A stretch of 64,000 bases of DNA from the sequence record OR062945.1. The stretch is one strand, 5' to 3'. Positions within the stretch are counted from its first letter, which is position 1; every line of letters begins with the position of its first letter. This DNA is from Escherichia phage 308Ecol101PP. Below, piece after piece: positions 10,534 to 19,376 of this stretch. Below the pieces are notes generated by a model, which was not told where the DNA came from, searched no databases, and saw nothing but the letters and a program-made list of their open reading frames with translations. A program made the translations under genes and the position numbers.

Positions 10534-10574
10534 AATAGTGTACAATACTCCTACTTACCAATGAGGACCACAAC

Positions 10575-12260
10575 ATGAAAAAAGCTGTTATTCTTGGTGC
10601 TGGACTGGCAACTCGTTTGTATCCAATAACGCATCATATTCCTAAGGTGCTTGTTAACTATAAACAAGACACTATTCTGAGCAATTTGTATACAATTTAT
10701 TCTGACCTTGGCGCAGATGAAATTATTGTAGTAGTTCATTCAAAATTTGCTGAAACTGTTCGAGCTTATTGTGAGCAAGAAGGGTTCAATGTGACTATTC
10801 GTACAGTTGATGAAGCGTATGGTTCTGCTTATGCTCTTGCTAAATTGCACAAAGATTTAGACGGCCATAATGTAATTGTTAACTGGTGTGATATTATTCC
10901 TGATTTTGGTTCGTGGTCTTGGAATGTTAACGCAATCTATGTTAAGGGTGACGAATGTCGATATAATTTCGACGGTGAAAATATCACTAATGTAGGTTCA
11001 ACAGGTGGTAATGTTGTAGGAATTTATCAGTTCAAAGACTGGGAATTCTATATGGGTTCTACTGATGAGGAAATTCATGAATACTGCAAAGGACGTGATT
11101 TCGTAGAATTCCTTTACGGCAGCGCATTCAATAAATCAGAGCTTATGAATCTAATTGATTTAGGTGATATGCCTAAACTTGAAAAAGCTCATGAAGTTCG
11201 TGAACTTAATCGTAGTTTTAATGCAGTTGAAATTGGTGAAGAAACTGTAACTAAATTCGCATTAACCGAACAGGGCCGAGCTCTTCAGAAAGATGAGATT
11301 TCATGGTATCTTAAAGTGAAATCAGATTCAGTTCCTCAGTTAGTTTCTGTTAATGAAAATAACTTTGAAATGGAACGCATTAAAGGTAAGCCGGCATTTG
11401 AATATATTAAATCCAAATCAAGTCTTGCTCGTCCACAAATTGTTGATGCAATTTTAGATGCACTGAAATTCAGCACAGACACTTATTTTGTAAGTCCTGA
11501 AACTGTTCGTCGTGATTTCACTAAAGAATTCTATACTAAAGTTATTGATCGTTGTGAAAGTATTCAACCATTGATTGATTCATTTGGTAAAATCACACAT
11601 GTGAACTACACTAAGATTGGGCGTCTGAAGCCAATGTTGAAACAAGCTTTAGAACACCTTATTCGTTATCATAACCGTTCTCAGGGACAGTACTCTGTTA
11701 TTCATGGTGACCCGAACTTCAGTAATACTATGATTACTGATAATGGTGAAGTCAAGTTTATCGACCCTCGTGGATATTTTGGTGAAACCAAGATTTATGG
11801 GCCAAAATTGTATGATGAAGCTAAAGTGCTTTACGCTGTTTCAGGTTATGATGAATTCAACGCTAATCCGACTTGGGGACAGTTTACTATTGATGAAACA
11901 ACTTGTAATGTGACTATTAACATCAATCCGTTAGTTTACAAATATGGAAAGATGAGTTCGTTTAACGAGTATCATCATTTGGCAGTGGCAATTATCTGGA
12001 TTGCATTAGGTGGTTATTTCAAGAATAATCCACTTAAAGCGGTAGCCGCATATTATAAAGGTATGGAACTTCTGACTAAGCAATTACGTAATATGGGCCG
12101 TGTACTTCAGGACGGCACTATTAGTTATGATGTAGCAGAACCTGTAACGGCTACTCTGATTACAAAAAATCCTGGTAAATGGGTACTAACTGATAAAGAA
12201 ACTGGTGTTTCTTATCGTCCAATCGGTGGCGATATCACTCATCAATGGGAACGAATCTAA
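10575..12260 (+). CDS. bifunctional protein: N-terminal sugar-1-phosphate nucleotidyltransferase (RmlA/GalU-like) fused to C-terminal APH/choline-kinase-like sugar kinase
   Basis: 561 aa; N-terminal GAGLATRLYPIT (RmlA signature G-x-G-T-R-L-x-P-I-T) ; C-terminal HGDPNFSNTMI...IDPRGYFG (Brenner motif plus DxxG of kinase-like phosphotransferases). Confidence 0.7.
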   Translation: MKKAVILGAGLATRLYPITHHIPKVLVNYKQDTILSNLYTIYSDLGADEIIVVVHSKFAETVRAYCEQEGFNVTIRTVDEAYGSAYALAKLHKDLDGHNVIVNWCDIIPDFGSWSWNVNAIYVKGDECRYNFDGENITNVGSTGGNVVGIYQFKDWEFYMGSTDEEIHEYCKGRDFVEFLYGSAFNKSELMNLIDLGDMPKLEKAHEVRELNRSFNAVEIGEETVTKFALTEQGRALQKDEISWYLKVKSDSVPQLVSVNENNFEMERIKGKPAFEYIKSKSSLARPQIVDAILDALKFSTDTYFVSPETVRRDFTKEFYTKVIDRCESIQPLIDSFGKITHVNYTKIGRLKPMLKQALEHLIRYHNRSQGQYSVIHGDPNFSNTMITDNGEVKFIDPRGYFGETKIYGPKLYDEAKVLYAVSGYDEFNANPTWGQFTIDETTCNVTININPLVYKYGKMSSFNEYHHLAVAIIWIALGGYFKNNPLKAVAAYYKGMELLTKQLRNMGRVLQDGTISYDVAEPVTATLITKNPGKWVLTDKETGVSYRPIGGDITHQWERI

Positions 12261-12646
12261 TGCACCGTGTAAAAAACATGCTTAATCTTTGTTTTGATGT
12301 CGATGATTGTATAACAGAGTGGAATAACAATCGTGATTACGTGAACTTCAAACCAGACGTCGAAATGGTGTCTGCCATTAATGCCCTGTATGATGCAGGG
12401 CATACCATAACGCTTTACACTGCTCGCGGTATGAAGTCAGTAGGTCCTGGTCGTATAGCAATTGACATTCTCCCAAGTCTGATTCAGAACTTGGCAAACA
12501 TTGGATTGAAGTACCATAATTTGCTAACACATAAACCAGTATATGATTGGATTATCGACGACAAAGCTATGCGTCCTGACGAATTCAAAGCTCTTATGAA
12601 TAAAGGCGAATTCGAAACATTTAAATCATATAAACCGAATCTATAA
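12260..12646 (+). CDS. small cap-less HAD-superfamily phosphatase-like protein
   Basis: 128 aa from ATG 12260 (TAATG overlap; ORF track starts at 12245); motif I FDVDD, motif II LYTAR, Lys (HKP), motif IV WIIDDK. Confidence 0.55.
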   Translation: MHRVKNMLNLCFDVDDCITEWNNNRDYVNFKPDVEMVSAINALYDAGHTITLYTARGMKSVGPGRIAIDILPSLIQNLANIGLKYHNLLTHKPVYDWIIDDKAMRPDEFKALMNKGEFETFKSYKPNL

Positions 12647-12692
12647 TAATTTAAGTAAGACCTGCAAAAACCATCGCATCAATTAACGTGGG

Positions 12693-13868
12693 ATGCAAAA
12701 AAAAAAAATGAATACTTTTAAAATCGGAACGAATTTTGATTTAGCTCTTCTTGATAAAATCGTAGAGCTCAATAAAACTTATCCTAATAGCTTGATAAAC
12801 GAAGTATACGGCTCTACAAGAGAAATGGCTTTTGTAGCAGCCAGACCTGATTTTAGGCTTCCTGACGTTGACAAAAAGATGTTAGAAGATTACGTTAAAC
12901 GTTGTAACGAATTAGGTATTTGCTTTAACTATACACTCAACACGATAAATCCTGGTTCAAAAAGAGAACTAGTTGAGTGGAAGAAGAAAGCTATTCAGGA
13001 TTATGTTCAGTATCTTTGGTCAATAGGCGTATGGCGTATTACTATCGCTAACCCTGTTGTTATGGAAATTGTTCGTGAAGTCAATAAAGACATTGAGATT
13101 GAAGTTTCAACAATTCTACATGTCGATGCTGTAACTCAAATCAAATACTTGCATGACCAATATAATATCAAAAAGGTCTGCTGTGGAATTCATAAGAACC
13201 GTTCAGTTTCTTTCCTGAAACGTGCAGCAGAGTTTTGTAATAAGAACAATATAATATTTGAAGTTCTTGTAAATGAGTTCTGTTCTAATGCTGGTAAAGG
13301 GTACACAACACATTGTAGCTATCGTGACTCTTGCTATATTTTCCATAGCACCGATGTTACAGTAGATGATGCCAAATCCTTAAATGGATATCCAATGCAA
13401 CACTGTATTAAAGCTCGTGATACAGATCCATTTAACTGGTTGAGAACTCGTTTTGTTCGTCCTCAAGATTTGAAACTTTATAATGATATTGGTATCACTC
13501 AATTTAAAGTTTCAGGACGTACAGGTAGCACCGACTACATTTTAAAAGTTCTTGAAGCTTACGCTTCTGAAAAGTTTGAAGGTAATTTGTTGGAATTGTG
13601 GAAGCCTTTAGAGACCATTTTCACTCTTGAAAATGAGACTGAGTTTTCACATACGGTAAATATTGAAACCTCTTTGTTAGACGGCTTTTTAGAAAAAAGG
13701 TGGTTCAAACATCCAGATTTCGATTGTGCTAATGAAATCTGCGGGACGACGTGTACATATTGTGAAAGATATTATAAACGTCAGTTATCTAAAAATGGGT
13801 TATCAGAAAACTCTATATCTATTATTGATATAACTAACTCTGATGACGCTTTGAGGTACCCAGAATGA
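12693..13868 (+). CDS. U32-family (peptidase U32 / UbiU-UbiV / RlhA-like) putative Fe-S protein
   Basis: 391 aa; U32-like blocks (ICFNYTLNT; EVLVNEFCSNAGKGYTTHCSY; FKVSGRTGS resembling the K-I-E-G-R motif); C-terminal CxxxCxxC (CGTTCTYC); alternative start ATG 12708 after an A12 run. Confidence 0.55.
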   Translation: MQKKKMNTFKIGTNFDLALLDKIVELNKTYPNSLINEVYGSTREMAFVAARPDFRLPDVDKKMLEDYVKRCNELGICFNYTLNTINPGSKRELVEWKKKAIQDYVQYLWSIGVWRITIANPVVMEIVREVNKDIEIEVSTILHVDAVTQIKYLHDQYNIKKVCCGIHKNRSVSFLKRAAEFCNKNNIIFEVLVNEFCSNAGKGYTTHCSYRDSCYIFHSTDVTVDDAKSLNGYPMQHCIKARDTDPFNWLRTRFVRPQDLKLYNDIGITQFKVSGRTGSTDYILKVLEAYASEKFEGNLLELWKPLETIFTLENETEFSHTVNIETSLLDGFLEKRWFKHPDFDCANEICGTTCTYCERYYKRQLSKNGLSENSISIIDITNSDDALRYPE

Positions 13869-14026
13869 TTTCTAGAAAAACTTTTAACCACCAACTTAAC
13901 GAAGAGATTTTGACTATTAAAATTAACAGCAACGAACAAATTCTTAAAAAGGCCCTTATGGGCCTGTTTGAAACTAAAGCGGCTAAAGTGATTAAAGAAA
14001 CCTGTTCAACTAGAATACTACGCTGA
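13865..14026 (+). CDS. small hypothetical protein (53 aa)
   Basis: ATGA overlap with preceding stop; below ORF-track cutoff. Confidence 0.3.
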   Translation: MISRKTFNHQLNEEILTIKINSNEQILKKALMGLFETKAAKVIKETCSTRILR

Positions 14027-14105
14027 TGCATTTCTTCATAGTGTTCTTGGAAATATCGATGCTGAAGCTTTACGTTATATCAACATCGCTAAGAAATTCA
14101 AATAA

Positions 14106-14128
14106 GCTTTATGAATTGAGTATATAAT
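14106..14128 (+). promoter_or_regulatory. putative MotA-dependent middle promoter upstream of gene 42 homologue
   Basis: GCTTTA (MotA-box-like) 11 nt upstream of TATAAT. Confidence 0.35.
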
Positions 14129-14146
14129 AACTGTATTGAGGTAAAC

Positions 14147-14863
14147 ATGGGAAAACATAACACAATGAAATATATTAAAGCCGCAGATTTTCAATCCGCA
14201 TTTAAAGCTGTCAATCGTGAAATTTTAGAAAATCCACAGTTCGTTACTGATTCTCGTATTGGACGTTGTAATGAAATTGGGTCTATGACAGTAGTTGTTG
14301 ATACCCCTTCATCATTCAAAATGACCGACCCACGTATTAATCGCATCTCTTATGAATATGCTGAAGATTTCTGGAAATTTATGATTTCTGGTGGTACTGA
14401 TGCAAAAGAAGCATTTAAGGCATATCCTAACGTTGCTAAATTTATTTCTAAACCTAAATCAGACGCTTTGCCTGCAAACTTCAACACTTTCTATGGTCCA
14501 CGAATTGCGGCCCAGTTACCAGCTCTTCTCAAAGAACTTAAAGAGAAACCTAATTCACGAAGAGTTGTGTTTCAAATTCTTGAAAGTTCAGATCAGGCTT
14601 TGCTTGATTCGGATGAAACGCTTGAATATCCATGTACTGACTCAGTGACTTATTATATTCGTGATGGTAAGCTTTATACCCACTGTCATATGCGTTCTCA
14701 GAACTGTGCTGTTGTTATGCAGTTGGATTTTTATCTCCAAGGAAAATTACTTCATTATATCGCTAACGAATGTGGTGTAGAAGTTGGTGATTATACTCAT
14801 ACCATGGTAAGTGCCCATGTGTTTGAACGTGATTTTGATTATGTTAAAGGATTCCTTGACTAA
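14147..14863 (+). CDS. 42: thymidylate-synthase-fold deoxynucleotide hydroxymethylase, gp42 (dCMP hydroxymethylase) homologue
   Basis: 238 aa; NSRRVVFQ, EYPCTDSVTYYIRDGKLYTHCHMRSQN, VSAHVFERDF align with T4 gp42/TS active-site blocks as recalled; T4 gene order. Confidence 0.7.
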   Translation: MGKHNTMKYIKAADFQSAFKAVNREILENPQFVTDSRIGRCNEIGSMTVVVDTPSSFKMTDPRINRISYEYAEDFWKFMISGGTDAKEAFKAYPNVAKFISKPKSDALPANFNTFYGPRIAAQLPALLKELKEKPNSRRVVFQILESSDQALLDSDETLEYPCTDSVTYYIRDGKLYTHCHMRSQNCAVVMQLDFYLQGKLLHYIANECGVEVGDYTHTMVSAHVFERDFDYVKGFLD

Positions 14864-15762
14864 TGGCTATTTTCCGCGTACCTATCTTGAGTATGCGGTC
14901 TTATGAAACTGGACAGTATGCTATCCTTAAGGATGGCAACTTCCAACTTCATTTGCACCGTGCTAATCCGGGTGATGTGATTACATATCCACGTAATGCA
15001 TCTGATATTAAAGAATGCGAACGTCTTTTTCCAGAATTTAAGTTTGTTCCATTATGGTATAAAGATAACGCGTATAACACTCGTAAATATTTCTGGTCTG
15101 AAAATGAATTTGTGGTTGATTCATTAATTGCTTATTATGATTGTGATTTTCTAATCACAGATATCACTGGATATGACGGCGCTTTTGATGTGGAATTCAA
15201 TTTCAATATCACTGCAGACCCTAATAAACCACGTTTTTATATTGACGAATTCTTAAAAACCGACATGTTGTCGGTTAATCGTTCACTTCAAACTACTGTG
15301 TTGAATGAACGTCAAAAAGAAGTGCTGGTTAACGCAGGTGCAGATGGTAATAAGATTATCGTAACCCAGAAAGTTATACGTCCTTCCATCATGCAGCGTC
15401 TTGTAGGTGATTTGGCTCCTATTCATCTAGATGGTATTTTTCATCCATTTCGAATTAGTGACCCGTGCTATCGTTTTGAACAAGTGGTTGAATGTGCAAT
15501 TCAATTAGGTCAACCGCTTTATATAACTGATCCAAATAATAGTTTCGACAGAAATAAGTATCCTGAAGAAGCGCTGATTCGAATTTTTAATCCAACTAAA
15601 ACTGAGTACTATCAAATTCTTAAAGGACGTCCGAAGATTCAATATTTCGAAAATCCTGAAGAAGTATTCCATCCAGGTCTTGGTGAGTTCATCTACTTTA
15701 ATGCTTTAATTTCTTCGCCGTATAATATACCTAAATACGAAGATGTCGTAATCGAGGAATAA
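14863..15762 (+). CDS. hypothetical protein in the position of T4 beta-glucosyltransferase (299 aa), no recognisable similarity to beta-gt
   Basis: TAATG coupled start after gene 42 homologue; no motif recognised. Confidence 0.5.
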   Translation: MAIFRVPILSMRSYETGQYAILKDGNFQLHLHRANPGDVITYPRNASDIKECERLFPEFKFVPLWYKDNAYNTRKYFWSENEFVVDSLIAYYDCDFLITDITGYDGAFDVEFNFNITADPNKPRFYIDEFLKTDMLSVNRSLQTTVLNERQKEVLVNAGADGNKIIVTQKVIRPSIMQRLVGDLAPIHLDGIFHPFRISDPCYRFEQVVECAIQLGQPLYITDPNNSFDRNKYPEEALIRIFNPTKTEYYQILKGRPKIQYFENPEEVFHPGLGEFIYFNALISSPYNIPKYEDVVIEE

Positions 15763-15763
15763 A

Positions 15764-16312
15764 ATGGTTAAAATTATTTTAGTAGATGGCCCGGATAATG
15801 CCGGTAAAACAACTTTCATTAATGACATAATGGAAATTAGTGAAAGATATGTAAAGATTGATTTCCCTAAACGAACAGTTGATGGACGTTTCGATGTTAA
15901 GTCTCGAAATGAAGTTGGCTGTTTCGAAACGATGTTGAATTATTTAGACCCTACTAAGATTTATCTGTTAGACCGTGGATATATTAGTAACTGGGTTTAT
16001 GGACGTATTCGACAAGATGCGGACTCGGTTCTTGACGTTTATGAACAGGATTATGTTCGTCTTTGCCAAAACCATGATGTGTTCACAATTATTTTAACAC
16101 GTAACGAAATGACTGAAAGTTTTGAAGACGACCTTATTACTTTGTCTTCATTCGGTTTTAATACAGTCATTTCATATTTTGAAGAGTTTGCAATTCATAA
16201 CAAAATCCAAACGTATCAATTACTTAATCATGACGGTGCTAACAAAGTTATAGGATTTAATGCAAGCGAACGTAATTATTTGATTACAGAAATTATCAAA
16301 TGGGCTCGTTAA
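15764..16312 (+). CDS. P-loop NTPase, putative nucleoside/nucleotide kinase-like protein
   Basis: 182 aa; Walker A LVDGPDNAGKTT at N-terminus, size typical of dNMP/dNK kinases. Confidence 0.5.
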   Translation: MVKIILVDGPDNAGKTTFINDIMEISERYVKIDFPKRTVDGRFDVKSRNEVGCFETMLNYLDPTKIYLLDRGYISNWVYGRIRQDADSVLDVYEQDYVRLCQNHDVFTIILTRNEMTESFEDDLITLSSFGFNTVISYFEEFAIHNKIQTYQLLNHDGANKVIGFNASERNYLITEIIKWAR

Positions 16313-16330
16313 GAGCCTGTTTAAAGTTTT

Positions 16331-16358
16331 AAATGCTGTATAACCCTTAGTATATAAT
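16331..16358 (+). promoter_or_regulatory. putative middle promoter upstream of uvsX
   Basis: AAATGCTGTA (MotA-box-like) 12 nt upstream of TATAAT. Confidence 0.35.
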
Positions 16359-16411
16359 CGTCTTATCTTTTAAACATGAGTAAAATATAATGATGCCTAT
16401 GGAAAAATACA

Positions 16412-17584
16412 ATGTCTGATTTAAAATCTCGTCTGATTAAAGCTTCTACTTCTAAAATGACTGCAGACTTGACTAAGTCTAAGCTGTTTAATAATCGTGA
16501 TGAAGTCCCTACTCGTATTCCGATGTTGAATATTGCATTAGGTGGTGCACTGAATGCCGGGTTGCAATCAGGCTTAACTATTTTTGCTGCTCCTTCTAAA
16601 CACTTTAAAACGTTGTTTGGGCTGACCATGGTTGCAGCATATATGAAGAAATATAAAGATGCAATTTGTTTGTTCTATGATTCAGAATTTGGTGCTTCAG
16701 AATCTTATTTTCGTTCAATGGGTGTTGATTTAGACCGTGTAGTTCATACTCCTATTCAATCTGTCGAACAACTTAAAGTTGATATGACTAATCAGCTTGA
16801 CGCGATTGAACGTGGTGATAAAGTTATTATCTTTATCGATTCAATCGGTAATACTGCATCTAAGAAAGAAACCGAAGATGCGTTGAACGAGAAAGTCGTA
16901 GGTGATATGTCTCGTGCTAAGGCACTTAAATCTCTTTTCCGTATTGTGACCCCGTATCTGACTATTAAAGATATTCCGTGTGTTGCAATTAACCATACAG
17001 CAATGGAAATCGGCGGATTGTATCCTAAAGAGATTATGGGCGGTGGTACAGGTATTCTTTATTCTGCCAACACGGTATTTTTTATCTCTAAACGTCAGGT
17101 TAAAGAAGGCACAGAATTGACCGGTTATGACTTCACGTTGAAAGCAGAAAAATCTCGAACCGTTAAAGAAAAATCTACTTTCCCAATCACGGTTAATTTT
17201 GATGGTGGTATCGACCCATTCAGTGGCTTGTTAGAAATGGCAACTGAAATTGGTTTTGTAGTTAAGCCTAAAGCCGGGTGGTATGCTCGAGAATTCCTTG
17301 ACGAAGAAACAGGCGAAATGATTCGTGAAGAAAAATCATGGCGTGCTAAAGCTACTGATTGTGTAGAATTCTGGGGACCGTTGTTTAAACACAAACCTTT
17401 CCGAGACGCAATTGAAACTAAATATAAACTAGGTGCTATCTCTTCTATTAAAGAAGTTGATGACGCTGTTAATGACCTTATTAATTGCAAAGCAACAACT
17501 AAAGTTCCGGTTAAAACTTCTGATGCACCGTCTGCAGCAGATATAGAAAACGACCTTGACGAAATGGAAGATTTCGATGAATAA
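16412..17584 (+). CDS. uvsX: UvsX recombinase (RecA/Rad51 family)
   Basis: 390 aa; Walker A-like FAAPSKHFKT, Walker B-like VIIFIDSIGN, acidic C-terminal tail; T4 gene order. Confidence 0.95.
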   Translation: MSDLKSRLIKASTSKMTADLTKSKLFNNRDEVPTRIPMLNIALGGALNAGLQSGLTIFAAPSKHFKTLFGLTMVAAYMKKYKDAICLFYDSEFGASESYFRSMGVDLDRVVHTPIQSVEQLKVDMTNQLDAIERGDKVIIFIDSIGNTASKKETEDALNEKVVGDMSRAKALKSLFRIVTPYLTIKDIPCVAINHTAMEIGGLYPKEIMGGGTGILYSANTVFFISKRQVKEGTELTGYDFTLKAEKSRTVKEKSTFPITVNFDGGIDPFSGLLEMATEIGFVVKPKAGWYAREFLDEETGEMIREEKSWRAKATDCVEFWGPLFKHKPFRDAIETKYKLGAISSIKEVDDAVNDLINCKATTKVPVKTSDAPSAADIENDLDEMEDFDE

Positions 17585-17918
17585 TCTCGATGATTTAAAT
17601 CTAGAAATCGTTGATGAATCCCCTTCTTCGGAAGGGGAAGACATTCGCAAAGAACGAGTGTTTAATGAATCTCTTAAAATTATCCGTTCAGCAATGGAAA
17701 ATGTCATTCAAGAGATTCTGATTACACTTGAAGACGGTTCTCATCATATAGTCTATATTACAAAACTAGACTGGGTTGATGGTAAAATCGTAATGGACTT
17801 TGCAGTTCTTGACCAGGATAGAAAAGCAGAACTTGCACCACATGTTGAAAAATGTGTTACAATGCAAGTACAACAAGCTTTTAATGAACGGACCAAGAAA
17901 AAATTTAAATTCTTTTAA
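17577..17918 (+). CDS. 40: gp40-like protein (by position between uvsX and 41)
   Basis: 113 aa from ATG 17577 overlapping uvsX stop; ORF track starts at 17556. Confidence 0.55.
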   Translation: MNNLDDLNLEIVDESPSSEGEDIRKERVFNESLKIIRSAMENVIQEILITLEDGSHHIVYITKLDWVDGKIVMDFAVLDQDRKAELAPHVEKCVTMQVQQAFNERTKKKFKFF

Positions 17919-17927
17919 GGAGTTATC

Positions 17928-19370
17928 GTGGTAGAAATTATTTTGTCTCATCTAGTATATGACCAGGCTTATTTTTCTAAGGTCTGGCCTTATATGGATT
18001 CTGAGTATTTTGAGCGTGGACCGGCAAAAAATGTCTTTAAAATTATAAAGAGCCACGTTAACGAATATAATGCAATGCCATCTATCAATGCGTTAAAGGT
18101 GGCTTTAGATAACAGTTCTTTAACTGAAGCCGAATATAAAGGAACTTCAGACCTAATTGAAAAATTGGCTGATACTCCTGAAGACCATGAATGGTTGGTT
18201 AAAGAAACTGAGAAATATGTCCAGCAAAAAGCGATGTATAATGCTACGTCCAAAATCATTGAGATTCAGTCTAATGCTGAATTACCTCCAGAACAACGTA
18301 ACAAGAAAATGCCTGATGTAGGAGCTATTCCTGATATTATGCGTCAAGCACTTTCAATTTCGTTTGATAGTTATGTTGGGCATGACTGGATGGAAGACTA
18401 TGAAGCACGCTGGCTTTCTTATCTAAACAAAGCACGTAAGGTCCCGTTCAAATTAAACATTCTGAATAAAATCACTAAAGGTGGTGCTGAAACCGGTACA
18501 CTGAATGTTTTAATGGCTGGTGTTAACGTTGGTAAATCTTTAGGCCTTTGTTCACTTGCTGCAGATTATCTTCAAACAGGTCATAACGTTCTTTATATTT
18601 CTATGGAAATGGCTGAAGAAGTTTGCGCTAAGCGTATAGATGCAAACATGCTTGACGTATCACTTGATGATATTGATGATGGTAACGTATCTTATGCTGA
18701 ATATAAAGCCAAGATGGAAAAATGGCGTTCAAAATCCACATTAGGACGTTTAGTAGTTAAACAGTATCCTACTGGCGGAGCTAATGCTAATACATTCCGT
18801 GCATTGCTTAATGAATTGAAACTCAAGAAGAACTTTGTGCCATCTGTAATCATGGTTGATTACTTAGGTATTTGTGGGTCTTGTCGTATCAGAGTTTACA
18901 CTGAAAATAGTTACACATTAGTTAAAGCTATCGCAGAAGAACTTCGTGCATTAGCAGTAGAATCTGAAACAGTTCTATGGACTGCAGCTCAAGTAGGACG
19001 TGCAGCATGGGATGCTTCGGATATGAACATGAGCGATATTGCAGAATCAGCAGGTTTACCAGCAACGGCAGATTTCATGTTGGCCGTAATTGAAACCGAA
19101 GAACTTGCACAAGCCGAACAACAACTTATCAAACAAATCAAATCACGATACGGCGATAAGAATAAGTGGAATAAATTCCTGATGGGTGTACGTAAAGGCA
19201 ACCAGAAATGGATTGAGATTGAGCAAGAAGGCATGAACACATCTAACACAGTAAATGAAAACGCAGGTGCTCAGATGCGTCAGGCAGAGGTGAATCGTAC
19301 GGAACGCGTAGGTAAAGCCAAAGCAACACGTGCTGACCTAGATAGCTTAGCCAATGAGTTAAAATTTTAA
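17928..19370 (+). CDS. 41: gp41 replicative DNA helicase (DnaB-like)
   Basis: 480 aa; GTG start 5 nt after AAGGAG; Walker A GVNVGKS; N-terminus MVEIILSHL... matches T4 gp41 as recalled. Confidence 0.95.
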   Translation: MVEIILSHLVYDQAYFSKVWPYMDSEYFERGPAKNVFKIIKSHVNEYNAMPSINALKVALDNSSLTEAEYKGTSDLIEKLADTPEDHEWLVKETEKYVQQKAMYNATSKIIEIQSNAELPPEQRNKKMPDVGAIPDIMRQALSISFDSYVGHDWMEDYEARWLSYLNKARKVPFKLNILNKITKGGAETGTLNVLMAGVNVGKSLGLCSLAADYLQTGHNVLYISMEMAEEVCAKRIDANMLDVSLDDIDDGNVSYAEYKAKMEKWRSKSTLGRLVVKQYPTGGANANTFRALLNELKLKKNFVPSVIMVDYLGICGSCRIRVYTENSYTLVKAIAEELRALAVESETVLWTAAQVGRAAWDASDMNMSDIAESAGLPATADFMLAVIETEELAQAEQQLIKQIKSRYGDKNKWNKFLMGVRKGNQKWIEIEQEGMNTSNTVNENAGAQMRQAEVNRTERVGKAKATRADLDSLANELKF

Positions 19371-19376
19371 TAAAAA

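Noticed and set aside
10538-10566. Possible early promoter upstream of the nucleotidyltransferase-kinase gene
   Set aside because: GTGTAC is present but no acceptable -10 hexamer lies at 17-18 nt spacing; the gene is probably transcribed from upstream.
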